64,000 bases of DNA from Takakia lepidozioides (taxonomy: Eukaryota > Plantae > Bryophyta), in the NCBI GenBank assembly GCA_030704615.1, contig CM060731.1, positions 90,396,001 to 90,460,000 on the forward strand. The letters run 5' to 3'. Below, piece by piece: positions 13,341-26,500 of the stretch. A program made the translations under genes and the position numbers. Below the pieces are notes generated by a model that was not told the origin of the DNA, did not search any database, and saw only the letters and a list, made by a program, of their open reading frames with translations. Positions within the stretch are counted from its first letter, which is position 1; each line of letters opens with the position of its first letter.

Positions 13341-13479
13341 ACAGACGCCCGTATCAACCCTTCATCAACAATTTTGATTCGTTTTTCGCGTTTTTTTGTC
13401 TAATCAGTCACTCAACTTAGAGTTTTTCGCCTGCGGTCCACTTTTTGGCACGTTATGCCCACCAATGTCGTCCGGTAGA

Positions 13480-13765
13480 GACAAAGTCGGTGCCGGATTT
13501 CCATCCATGAGGTGGACCGACTTACTTGCAGGATGGAAATTCGGCGCCGGTTTTCTATCCTGCAGCGTTCCGGTTTACCTGCAGTATGGAAATTCGGCGC
13601 CGGTTTTCCATCCGGCCGCGCTCCCGCTTGCCTGCAGGATGGAAATTCGGCGCCGGTTTTCCATCCGGCTGCTTTGGATGAGAATGTCTCGGGCGGAGGG
13701 AGGGCCACGGTGCGTCCCACTTCATCCGCTGAATGGAAATTCGGAGCCATTTTTTTCCATCCAGC
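13480..13765. repeat. Short array of ATGGAAATTCGGCGCCGGTTTTCCAT motifs
   Basis: Copies at ~13533, 13586, 13639 and 13733. Confidence 0.8.
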
Positions 13766-14109
13766 GGGCTGTTGATGAAGTCTCGGGGGGAGGGTGGGCC
13801 AGGTGGCGCCTCTGGGCGACCTCCATACCTACGTTTAAGGGCGCAGTTGCGCATTAAATATCCTCCGCCGTCTGTTTTGAACCGGACGTTCCACACGGAT
13901 ACCGCGCTTACTTCCCGGATACGCCTTCGACACCTGATGTGACGGGTGGATGAAGTTCCATTCGAGGCATGTACGCACGCATTCTGCGGGAGATTTTTTC
14001 TTTTACTCGGACTTATGCCGCGTGGAGAAGGGCGTGGCTCTCTTGAGAGAAACCCCACATCCAGACCGCATCGCAAACTGAAGCCTTTGTACTACAGGCG
14101 GCAATGCGG

Positions 14110-16244
14110 CAATGCCGACCAGCCGAACAGCGACAAAGCGGCAACGCGCCTTCTGTTCAGGTACATACGCGTTGCCTTTCTTTGATCCGTGGCCATTGTA
14201 GTCCCTACATTTCCAGGATGTAAGTTGCCTTATGTGGCGCATGAAAATTAGTTGTGAATTCCCTAGAAAAATGGCGCCGAATTTCCTGTTTTCGGCCATG
14301 GGGCGGATGGCTAAGCCCTGGGGGTGGCTGGCACAGTCTAGAAATTCGGCGCCATTTTTCCAGTTCCGGGCCCAGTCAGTTCTGGGACTTAGCCATTTTC
14401 GGACCCTGTAGTGGAAAAATGGCGCCATTTTTCCAGTACAGGGTCCAAAAATGGCTAAGTCCCTGGGGCGGCTGGCACATATTCTGGAAATTCGGCGCCA
14501 TTTTTCCAGTTCCGGGCCCAGTCATTTCTGGGACTTAGCCATTTTTGGACCCTGTACTGGAAAAAATGGCGCCATTTTTCCAGTACAGGGTCCGAAAATG
14601 GCTAAGTCCCTGGGGCGGATGGCACATATTCTGGAAATTCGGCGCCATTTTTCCAGTTCCGGGCCCAGTCAGATCTGGGACTTAGCCATTTTTGGACCCT
14701 GTACTGGAAAAATGGCGCCATTTTTCCAGTACAGGGTCCGAAAATGGCTAAGTCCCTGGGGCGGATGGCACATATTCTGGAAATTCGGCGCCATTTTTCC
14801 AGTTCCGAGCCTAGTCAGATCTGGGACTTAGCCATTTTTGGACCCAGTCTGGAAAAATGGATATGATTCTGTTTGTGTTTTTTGAATGCAGGTACTGTAA
14901 GTTCTCCCTGTTGGAGAAAGGTCATCTGTTCTTCCAGCCGCCATTCTTCCTCGCATGGAGGAACCCTGGAGCTGACTCCATGTACACTGACATTATCGTG
15001 AAGGAGTGGCATCTGGAGCATTTGTGCGACTGCCCTTGGTATGTGGACCTTCCGCCCGGCTCGCTCGACTCATCCGAGTTCCAATTGAAGCTGGATGCAG
15101 AGGCCCGACAAAACCGGACTCCGCTGCCTCCGTTGGGTCCAAAGGAGGCGAAAGCGTTTGTCAAGTCCAGGAAAGCGGCAGAGCTTGCTCAGGCAGGTAT
15201 TCAGGAGAAATTGAATGAGAAGAATAAAGGACAAATGAAAAGGACACGGAAACAGGGGAGTAAAATAACCCCCAAAAAACAGAAAACCACCGGGGCACCA
15301 GAGGAGGCGCAGGAGGGGCCCCAGAGGAGTGACTCCGACGACGACTTTGTGCAAGGTCCTGCGACTGCTGCTGCTGCTACCAAGTCACCGGTAATCTGGG
15401 TTCCCAAGTCAGTTCGGACTGGGACTGGCTCTGCCAAGAAGTTGGCATTTGAGGGCGAGCCTATACGGCGGTATTCGGCGGTGACGTTTCCACAAAGGCC
15501 AAAGTTAGAATCCCCAACTATCATCCAATGCGTCAATGAGAGCTTTCTTGACGCTCTGGCTGCCAGGGCAAAGAAAATGGCACACAACAAGTCTCTGGAG
15601 GAGCTGAAGGGGAAAGCCAAGAAGAGGGCTGCTGCTACAGAGCCTAAAGACACCCCTGGTTTGGAAGCCATGATGGAATTCTTCACGGCTGTGAGCACTG
15701 ATTGCAAGAGCACTCGGGGGGGGGGGGGTGGGGGTTTGAGGTGGAGAGAGCCTGCGATATGATTCTCCTCGATATTCCAGATGGGGAGCTGCTGGAGGGC
15801 CTGGATGGTGTGCCCACCTGGAACAGGTTTACGGAGGACTACTGGAGAGCCGGGTTTGGGCTGGCGGGGATGCTCCTGGATGACGGTGGATGTATGGTGG
15901 TCCTTGCCCTAAGAGGGAAGACCACAAAGTAATGTGTGTGGCAAGGTGGAACCAAAAAGTGGTCACCCCGGTCCTCCTGAAAAAATGGTTCTGGCATCAA
16001 TACCACAGGGGTTGCGAACAGAGGCCAGAGTTGTAAGTTTATCAATCTATTGCGATTCACTACATAATTGTTGTGTATCTAAACTTAGACCCTGGAGTGG
16101 ACCCTCTTTTGTTGGATGTGCAGACATTCGTGTTTGAGGGCAAATATTTGTTTTGTGAAGAAGGGTCTACGTTCAAATTCCGCAAGGATCGGTCGTCTTG
16201 TTGATGCCGCTATGGACCCTGTTACCTACGATGTCCTCTACAAC
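14110..16244 (+). pseudogene. Family-B ParB-MTase gene fragment (copy B3, ParB region deleted, MTase part truncated)
   Basis: Homologous to 45984-48424 (YCKFSLLEKGH..., DMILLDIPDG, DPVTYDVLYN). Joined at ~14110 to sequence homologous to ~42900, and broken at 16244. Confidence 0.85.
14262..14860. repeat. Intronic tandem repeat (~146-bp unit, ~4 copies), each with an ~80-bp hairpin
   Basis: GGGACTTAGCCATTTTTGGACCCTGTACTGGAAAAATGGCGCCATTTTTCCAGTACAGGGTCCGAAAATGGCTAAGTCCC recurs. Confidence 0.88.
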
Positions 16245-16450
16245 CAACGACGCAATGGCGTGAGCGTTGCACGTGAGCGCGCGAGCGTACGCTCACGCAG
16301 GAGTGACGTGGCGTGAGCGTACGCTCACGCCACTGACGTGACGTTGCGTGAGCCTGCACACATGCTGACGTGGCGTGAGCGTCATGTCAGCATGCTGATG
16401 TGGCGGTAAAATGATGACATGGCACTGTCCGTCAACTGCCACGTCAGCAT
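16245..16450. repeat. Probable terminal/subterminal region of the family-A element (GCGTGAGC and TGACGTGGC repeats in both orientations)
   Basis: Begins exactly where the B3 MTase homology stops and lies downstream of the A transposase. The motif resembles the GCATGAGC repeats of the family-B TIRs. Confidence 0.6.
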
Positions 16451-16895
16451 TAACATGCGCCGCCTATAACCGTGGATGGTCCTATGACCGTGGAATTAAT
16501 GCAGGGAATCTTGCCTAAATAGAATCAAGACGAGCGTTGAGGCCTACAATTGCAGCATCCAACATTGTGCAATTACAAATGCTTGTTTCACTTTTACAAT
16601 TACGAAGACGACAAAATATCCTCACAAAAGTGTGCGCCATAAAGGCTGCCACGAGAAGACTTCCTCCCTCCTCAAATAACAATGAGAGTTATGATCATCT
16701 TCAAAAGATGATTGTAGTGCATAGCGACAGCAAGACATGTAGACTTCGAACGGTGCAATGACTGCACTACCTAAAAGTTGTCACTCAGAGCTCACTCCGT
16801 ATAGTTGGAGGCCATATCATTGCACAGCCGACGAATTGATGTGAATTACACATTTCAAATCATGGTCATCCACATACCACATTACATAGTTCATG

Positions 16896-19800
16896 CTACC
16901 CATGTGTTGTATCCCGCTGCAAAAGAGTATCGACCTCGTTGAAACTCATAGTGGCCTGGTGAATGAAGTTGTCACGTTTGGGATCGCAAACCATCCTCCT
17001 CAAAAATATGAAATACAAATGTTTGCAGGGTATGAATTTACCTCTCTTGCCCAAACTGGTTGTCACAAAATCAGGACATGTGCAATTGGGGAAATTGGAA
17101 ACCGTGATGTCGTAGGTCCTGTCATGAACAGCAGATGTGGAAGTGATGATTGTGAATACCCGACCATATCCTGGATCGGGTACTTCCGTGGTGCTTCCGA
17201 CACGAGCTTGGAGCATTCTTGCGGACTCCACTTTGCCAAAGTGTTCAGCGGTTGGAGGGAAACGCCGAACGAGCTTTCCATCTCGTTTGGTTGGCCACAA
17301 GTCAGGATTTGCCGGGGGGACCCGGGAGGACGCAGAAGTAGTAGCACATGCATGGAGTTGGGGTTGTCTCGCAAGGGAAAACCTGCCTCCTCCAGCATTT
17401 CAATCTCCTGAAAGCTGAGATGTGTTCCCACCTTCACGGGCCAAACGGTTGGAGGAGATGGCTTCATCACTACGGAAGGACGCACAGTTCCATGCACACA
17501 TCTGGCACAATCATCTGCGCAGAACCAGAACTTGTGGTTCTTGGCTTCTGGTTGACCGTATGGACGCATCAAGCCCGTGAAAGTCGGAGCAGGAGTTCGG
17601 GCACCACCTCTGGATATAGATGAAGTGCACTTCTCGAAATTAGTTGCCCTGATCGCTGTACATTTCACACGAGACCCGACACTTGTGCGTTCTATGTGCC
17701 AAACGTGGTCGGGGCATGCGGACTCAAGCACATCAAGGGGGTTGTTTCTCTCCTGCACCATTTCAGTGGCACGGTTTGATGCTGGAGCTTGCCGTCGTGT
17801 TGGAGGTTCCTCCACAATGGAGGTTCCGGACATGGAGCTGTCATGCAGGGGAACACGAGGCTTCGAGAAGTTATCACGGTCTGCCCTGTGGGAATCTGAA
17901 TCCGAACCAGGTGGAGTGTTCAATTTCCTCTTACAGGAGCCGAATCTCTCCTCCCCTTCAAGATGTGGAACTCTAGAAACAAGTGGCGTTCCCTGGGCAT
18001 ACATGCTCACCGCCCGTGCTATCTTGATTGGATCCCCAGATCTGTTTGCAGCACGCAACATCAACTCCCATTTGTCCGGACCCTTGCCACCAACCCCACC
18101 TCGTAAGAAATCACGGTATCGGGTTTGTTGTTGCAAGGCACGTATCAAATCATCTGTTGTTGCCACATACAAATCCCGACCTCGCTGCAACCATGCATTG
18201 TGCACAGTTTCTGCCAAATTGCAAGATGGCATGTCCGCCATTTCCTCAATGGCATGTTCTGCAAAGAGGATAACCACACTTCAGAACAGTGCACAGGAAA
18301 CAACATAAAGAAAGCAATGAGTCAAAAATATGGAAAGCAAATGTATGAATAAAGCATGAAATAGAAGCCTCGTACCATTGTCATGGCTGCTCCCCACTGT
18401 CTATACCGGAAGTGCCAAAACGCCAGCCAATCTTCCAATGCTCTCATACTCTCAAGTGATGCAGCTCCAGAAGAGAACCACCAGGCACGAATTGTCTGGA
18501 ACAAAGTGTCCGCCTCCTTCATTGTTCTAGCATCTTTGTACTCTTTGCACAATTTACGGTGCTGAGTCTGCATCTCTGGTTTGATGTCCGACTTTGTATG
18601 TTTTTCCAGAGATTGTGTCCAATGGAATAGACATGTACGCTCTCTTCCTGGCATAGGCACTTTTGGGTCGCCCGATCCGAAGACAATACGAACAGCATTG
18701 AAATTTGCTTGAGCACTATCCGCCATGAAACCTGCGAAATTTGGAGATGGCAGCCCATGACACGTATCAGGGAATTCCACATGAGCTTCTGGGATTCCGT
18801 ATCCTCGGATTGCATGTCACAAACTGCAATTGTCATAACTCGTTGGTACACTGGATCGTAGACATGACAAGCCATTGTCGTCCAATCCTTCACTCGTTTC
18901 ACATGATCAAACATAAGAAAACAGTTCTGCAAGTCCCCAGTCTTCTGCATCCGCTTCACGAGGCTAACCCCACTGCCCTCCCCAACAGTCGACATTTTGA
19001 AAAGAAAAACTTTGATGGCACCTTGACCTGGGAATACATTGTCCTGGATGTAATCGTACTTGCTCACTCGTTTCAATTCCAAAATATTGTCTATGTAGCC
19101 TCTGATCCCAGAGCCCATTCTCAATGCATTGATCTGATGCCGAATGTTAGGTGAACTTAAAGTGGAGAAATGATCCATGACCAGGTCCAATGCTGCACCG
19201 TCAAGTTTAGTCCCCACAGAATCTCCTTCACTCAAAATATGGCTTTCCAAGAAGGACTTGCTTGCGCCAAGAGCAATTGCAGATGTTGTTGCGGATGGGT
19301 TTCTCCCGAACTCCTGTTTGATCAACCTCGATACTGTCTCAACACTCTCCCTGTAATCCCCTTTCGAGACAGGATGGTTATGGAATCCAAAATGCACACA
19401 AGCTCTCGTCATTGTATTCAAACGGTGGACAACATAGTACATTCTTGCTCCGCAGAGCGCCAAACAGGATGGCACAAGTTTGCAGAATTTGCAGACGAAA
19501 GTGTTTGCCGGTGGAGGGGCAGTCCCAGGCTGAAATGGATTTTCCGCCAGACCCTCCCATTCGCTTTGATTATGAACCCCAGACTGAAGAAAGTGTCTGC
19601 AATTCAAATTATCACACCTAAGGTGTCCATTGCAAACTGTCCTCCTGAAAACAAGCTTGTCATCATTCTGAATATTGGATGTTTTTGTTCTGCACCACGG
19701 GTGCCCGTCGTGTTTCTTGTCCATTCCATGCATCATGATTGTTACACCTCCAACTCGCGGAGGAGGAGGCAGCTTGAATAGGATATCGCCATCAAAAGTC

Positions 19801-20378
19801 TCCGGCAAGAACTTCACAGGCACCTGCTTCAAAGATTCCCAATCAATTCCCCGCAACTCACTTTTGAATCCAGCCATTCCTCCCATCGCCCGCAATTTTG
19901 GAATGACACTACAAATCTCTTCTTCATCAGCTTCTCCAACCACAGTAGGAAGGACTGGATTTGGAATTTCACTTATGTCATCATCGGAAGAATCCGAAAG
20001 CTCAACGATTGGAGTGGAGGAAGTCTGTTCTTTTTTCACCACCACCTCCCTCTTGTCTTCAACGACCGAAGCAGCAGTCCCGGGCGTCACATATGACCCA
20101 AGGGACTTTCGCCGAGGCTCTCCAAGTACTCTGTATCGACCAGGACGCACTCTCCACTGGCTGATATGAGCCGTCTCATCACGGTTTTGGAAAGAATATT
20201 TCACCAACTTCCCTTTCAGATCGTAAACCTCTTTCTCCAAAAAGATGGAGCCATTCTGCAGCTGAAAACGGGTAGCCAAGACATGTTCCAGAACAATTGC
20301 AAATCCATTGTCAAGGACTTCCTGGGAGAACGGCACTGGTTTGTCGTCTGAGAAGAACTCCGCTTCAGAGGAAGCCAT
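16896..20378 (-). pseudogene. Family-A MULE-like DDE transposase, near full length (frameshifted)
   Basis: Cys/His domain ending HFGFHNHP (WRKY/GCM1-like), MFDHVKR (D), FMADSAQANF (D), TCLFHW (CxxH), CNLAETVH (E) and SWIM CTCPDF...IPCKHLY. Intron near 18300-18375; frameshifts near 18760 and 17330. Confidence 0.88.
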
Positions 20379-21134
20379 CTTCCTTCCTCGAGTATGTTTG
20401 TACCTTGCTATCGCAGATCTAGTGTAAATCGGTTTACTGCTGTCTCCAGAACACAGTTGAAGAATGAGCAGAGAATATGGCGGAGGAAGCTCAGATAACG
20501 ACTGTGCATATTATGTTATTCTTTCCAGATATGCAGCCGTCCATTTTAATTACTTTTCTTGTGGGCCCAGTGGTCAGAGTATCCCTAGGGGCAGTGTCGG
20601 CAACTGTTAAACCGTTAATCAGAACCTCATCAATAAACCCAATAACAAAGCCGACTTCCTGGAAGCATGCCACAGGATCTGAGAATGGGATTGCAGATTA
20701 AGTAAATGTATCTATATACTACTACCAATGATCATGCGCACCTGGAAAGTTCCAAATGTGAAACGAATGTGGGGTTTGGCTAACAAGGATGACCGTGTAT
20801 GATATTCCAAAATTTGTCATCAAACTCTCGTTCATTTATATTTATTTGTTTAAGACTGCGCATCAATTTCTGGGATTCGCTGTTATTTTTAAATATTGAA
20901 ACCCGTTCTAATAAAGAACACGCCGTTTTTTTTGGGCGGCACACGTCAGACATCCATAACTGAATACGAACAGCTGTACACCAATTGCTGGCATGTGCAC
21001 TAATAAGGAAACGACTATGTGTAACGGTCACGCGGGAGGGAATCCGATGCTTCTAGAGACACGCAAGAACGCAGGCAATCCCGCAAGAAATCGGGAGTCA
21101 CTGCGTTTTTCTACTTTTCGCGCTTAGAGGGAGA

Positions 21135-23405
21135 GTGGTAGTCAAGCTGGAGAGGGTTCCTTCTAGAATACGAAAGAGAAGAAAGTCTCTTTATTTTACT
21201 TCCCTTAGAGAGAGACGCAGAGCAAGAGAGAAAATGACGAGGCGTCGTTTGTTGGAGAACACAGGGCCAAGGCAGCAGGTGAACGCGGAGACTGATTCAC
21301 AAGAGCAGACGGAGACTGAGGCAGCGGCTGCCACACAGTCGGCGATAAGAGTGCGCCAGCCTGTGGAGGCAGAGATGATTCGCAGGGACACTGAAGAAGG
21401 TGGAAGCACGCGGAACGCCGAACCTGGAGAAGGTCAAGAAACCCTTGCGCAGACAGAAACTCCAGCAGATGTGAGAGGGAAGAGGAAAGCTGCTGAAGGG
21501 GATCAAATTTCAAAACCTAAGAAGGTGCCAGTAAGTTTTATCATATAGTCTGTCTGATTGCCTTTCAAGGAGTCCTTCCTCTTCCCTTCTTTAGCAGGAA
21601 CTACTGAATTGCGAGCGTCGTTAACGCCATTCGATTCTCCTCATGAGATTTATGTACCTATGTGTTTGAAGAGAGAGTCTGCACTTACTATTCTCCCTAA
21701 ACTACACTGAATGTCGTTGCCGCCAATCAGTTGCACATGTATGTCATTACACAACACCGATCCGGCAGGTCGTTATCTTTTGTGATTGTCGTTAACGCCG
21801 TTCGCTATCGCTCTCGCTTTTGTTTTGAATACGGCAGTCTCAGCTTTGCATGTGTAGATTGTGCTGAATTCTTTCACACCATTCATGGTGAGTTTCCTTG
21901 ATAGAGAGTGATGGTCGTTACCGTCATTCACTATTTGCAAATCACTCAGTCAGAACTAAATGGCATCGTGCAGAAAACTGTGAGGTCGAAGCCTACAGGA
22001 TCAGAGGGGAAAGGATCTGGAGATGGGGACGAGTCCGCAAAAAGCTCAGAGAATACAGATGAAGCAGATGAATCCGAAGTGCACTACCTTGACAAGGTGA
22101 AAGAACTCATGTCATTCCAGAAGGTAAACTCTCAGGAGGTTATAAGGGACATGCTCATATCTGGAGGGCGTCTGGACATACCTCTGTGCCGGATGATATC
22201 AATGCCTGTTGTGCGTCCACCTCTTTCCCATGACATAACAAAATTGGAGAGTGATTTTGTGCATGGATATAGACTTGGTGCACAAGTTTTTTATGTGTCA
22301 CTGACGGATATAAATGGGAAAAGCACATTAGTGTCTCCAGAGATCAGTGATAACTGGGATGAGTGCTGGAAAGATGCCAATGAGGAGTTCGAGCTGGCCT
22401 CATGATGGGAAAGAACACCCAACAATTCTGCAACCACATGTTCTACGTCTGGGACGGCAACCACCGATTGCTGGCATGGATGGGATACATTCAGAAACAC
22501 CATTCGAAAGACAAAGACAAGCATGTTGCTGTGGAGGCAATGGTTTTGGATCCAGGAAACGACATCGCTAGGCTTCTTACAGCTATGCACGACGTGAACA
22601 AGTAAGTCATCCAGGAGATTTCATTCCCTCTGTAGTGTCTTGTTAATCCTCAAAAAACAGTGTTAAGGAATGCAATGTTTCCAATGTTTTTGCAGATCGA
22701 CAGAGAAATCGCATGTGACAACAAGCTTGGTTCACACACTATTCCGAATTCAGAGGATTGGTCTGATGAAGCTGGATGATTTTCGGACGTACTACCACCC
22801 AATATCATCAAGAAGTGCGAAACAGGAAGAGCTGCAGGCACTTGGTATTCTTTGACACGAGAGGCGTTTTTTGGAGTACATGTATGCGGTAAGCCCGAGT
22901 CTGTAATCTGTTTACTTTTCGAATACATGTTTGTAGTCCCTTCGGAGCTAATCACTACTTGAATGAATGCAGCAAGAACTGGCAGAGGCAGCTGAGAAGG
23001 GAAAATCCGAATATTACCGCACTACACCAGAAGAACTAAGGACATCAAAGGGTGTGGAAGCTGCAATAAAGAAGGAGTTTGAAATGCGAAGAACCAAATT
23101 GATGTCAGCCTTCGGAAAGCAGCTTAGAATAGTAGATCTTGGACTTGGTCCTGAGTTCCTTCAGCAGATCAAAACACACTATGACAAGCATGTGCATCCG
23201 GAGATGCAGCAGGAGAAATTGCACCGGCTGGCCATATCGATGGTCGACCCACAAACAAAAATAAGGTGGCTGGAGATATGGAACTCAGATCAAACAGTAA
23301 AGGACTTGAATCAGTTCCCAAAGAGCACCATACAGCCTGGCACAAAGGTGGAAGGAATCAGTGATTTGGTGTTTGATAACTGGCTCCACAAGGCTACATT
23401 TTGGA
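21135..23405 (+). pseudogene. Family-A ParB-like/MTase gene, 5' exons (interrupted by element B1)
   Basis: IPLCRMISMPVVRP, FVHGY and MFYVWDGNHRLLAW; GT-AG introns; divergent from the A transposase; reading breaks at the B1 TIR. Confidence 0.85.
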
Positions 23406-23558
23406 GGGGGCTGCTATTTCATGAGCGGCATGAGCATGAGCGGAAAAAAAAAAAGCATGAGCAGACCATTGTGAGTCCACGGAAATAGGGTTAGGAGGCA
23501 CGGAAATAGGGTCATGTGAAGTTGGAATGTGGCACCAGTGGACTTGAAATGCAACATT

Positions 23559-26500
23559 TTATTGCAAATTTTGTGGCAAGCCACGTCTATACAAGTGTGT
23601 TCTAACTGTCATAGCCGGAATGGGCACTACTCTCCTACACTCATCCCCCTCATCCCCCTCATCCTCCGAGCTCTGTGATGCATCAGTTCCACTATGCCTC
23701 TCAAAAATCCCGTCCTCTCCTTGGGGGACTGTCCACCTCACCTCCTGGGAATCTTCTGCGTCTTCTCCCCCACTTTCCTCAGCAGAATCAAACACAAATC
23801 TACGAGCTCGACGGGCTCTAATAGCTGCTGCCTCCTCCCTCATCTTCATTTTCTTGAGGCTTGCCTCGTCTAAAATCTGCTGTACACGACTACGTTCGGA
23901 ACACCTCCTAATGGACACCGAAGCAAGCCGGGCAGCATAAGTAGGAAGGATGTACTCCCTTTCTGGACTAGGCATGAAATCCCCCCTGGCAAAAAAAGGC
24001 ACGTTCCTCCTGCCCATGAACTCCGGTGTAGACGTCCCTCCGGCAGTACTTGGCATCCTACAGTAAGAACAAATCCACTTGAAGAATGTCAATACCAGCA
24101 CAACCAGAAAGGGTTTTCAATGAAATAAGAGAGCGGAGGGAGGTGCCTCACAAAATCTGGAGGCAACTTACAATGCCACCACTCACTCGTAAACCGGGGG
24201 CTCCTCGGCCTCGATCCCAACTTCCTCCCCCTGCTCCTTCTCGGATTTTTCCTCATCCTCCGAGGATGCCTCTTCCTCTTTCGGCAGACGTTCAGCCGCT
24301 GCAAGTTCCGAGTTGTGGAGGGCAGTATCTGGCTCGAAGGCGAACACATGCCTGTCGGACAACGTCCCTGCCCACATTGAAGCACCTGAGGAACAAAGCG
24401 GGCGGTTAATAGCTTGCGGCATGCAATTGCAATGGGGCCAGGGGACAAACTGAGCACGTGAAGGCTTACCCGTGCCGCATGTGAGGTCCAGAATCCGCCC
24501 TTGGACATCCGAGCACGTCTCCATGAGGGTTTGGATGAAAGCAGGGCTCCGGGTCCGGCTGTACCGCCACGGTTTGCTGTCTTTGTGTCCTTCGGCATAC
24601 TAGAGTGGGGCACATAGTTGTAGAGGACATCGTAGGTTACAGGGTCCACAGCGGCATCAACAAGACGACCGTCGTTGTGGAATTTGAACGTAGACCCTCT
24701 CTTCACAAAGCAATATGCCTCAAACACCAATGTCTGCACATCCAACAAAGAAGGGATCAATTCCAGGGTCTACTTAACATACACCACAATATGAAGTGAA
24801 TGCAATAGATTGATAACTTACACTTTGGCCCTCTGTTCGCAACCCCTGCGTACTGATGCAGAACCATTTTCTGAGGAGGACCGGGGTGACACTTTTCGGT
24901 GTCCACCTTGCCACCGCATTCTCTGTGGTCTTCCCTCTCGTGGCAAGGACAACCACACATCCACCGTCATCCAGAAGCATCCCCGCCAGCCCAAACCCGG
25001 CTTTCCAGTAGTCCTCAGTAAACCTGTTCCAGGTGGGCACACCATCCAGGCCCTCCAGCAGCTCCCCATCTGGAATGTCGAGGAGAATCATGTCGCAAGC
25101 TCTCTCCACCTCAACCCCCCCCCGAGTGCTCTTGCAATTTGTGCTCACAGCCGTGAAGAATTCCATCATGGCTTCAAAACCAGGGGTGTCTTTAGGCTCT
25201 GTACCGGCAAGCCCTCTTCTTGGCTTTCCCCTTCTGCTCCGCCAGAGACTTGTTGTGTGCCACCTTCTTCGCCCTGGCAGCGAGAGCGTCAAGGAAGCTC
25301 TCATTGACGCATTGGATGATGGTTGGAGGTTCTAGCTTTGGCCTGTGCGTAAACGTCACCGCCGAATACCGCCGTGTAGGCTCGCCCTCAAATGCCAACT
25401 TCTTGGCAGAGCCAGTCCCACTCCGAACTGACTTGGGAACCCGGACGACCGGTGACTGGGTAGGAGCAACAGCAGTCGCAGGACCTTGAACAAAATCGGC
25501 GTCGGAGTCACTCTCTTGGGTCCCCTCCTGCGCCTCCTCCGATGCCCCGATGGTTTTCTTCTTTTTGGGTGTTACTGCAGTCACCTGTTTCCTTGTCCTT
25601 TTCCTTTGACCTTTACTCTTCTCATGCAATTTCTCCTGAATTCCTGCCTGAGCAAGCTCTGCCGCTTTCCTGGAGTTCGCAAGCGCTTTTGCCTCTTTTG
25701 CACCCAACGGAGGCAGCGGAGCCCGGTTTCGTCGGAATTCAGCATCCAGCTTCAATTGAAACTCGGATGGGTCGAGCGAGCCCGGCGGAAGGTCCACATA
25801 CCAAGGGCAATCACGCAAATGTTCCAGATGCCACTCCTTCACAATATCATCAGTGTACATGGAGTCAGCCCCAGGGTTCCTCCATGCCAGGAAGAATGGT
25901 GGCTCGAAAGACAGATGACCTTTCTCCAAAAGCGAGAACTTACAGTACCTGCATTCATGAAAAACACAATGAGGTCCGAAAATGGCTAAGTCTCTGAACG
26001 GCAATAGGGCCTACAACTGGAATATGGCGCCGAATTTCCACTTCAGGGCCACCCAGTCTAGGGACTTAGCCCGAAAATGGCTAAGTCCCTCGACGGCAAT
26101 AGGGCCTAGAACTGGAAAACGGCGCCGAATTTCCAGTTCCGGGCCAGCCAGTCTAGGGACTTAGCCCGAAAATGGCTAAGTCCCTGGACGGCAATAGGGC
26201 CTAGAACTGGAAAACGGCGCCGAATTTCCAGTTCGGGCCAGCCACACTAGGGACTTAGGCCGAAAATGGCTAACTCCCTGAACGGCAATAGGGCCTAAAA
26301 CTGGAATATGGCGCCGAATTTCCACTTCAGGGCCAGCCAGTCTAGGGACTTGGGCCGAAAATGGGTAAGTCCCTGAACGGCAATAGGGCCTGGAACTGGA
26401 AAATGGCGCCGAATTTCCAGTTCCGGGCCAGCCAGTCTAGGGACTTAGCCATTTTCGGAGCCCTGACTGGAAATTCGGCGCCATTTTCCCTAACACCACT

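Noticed and set aside
11250-13420. Long ORFs of MEIRRR/MEKRRR repeats (up to 431 aa), also at 30272-31950 and 40100-42750
   Set aside because: These are translations of stop-poor tandem repeats, open in several frames on both strands and with frame-breaking indels.
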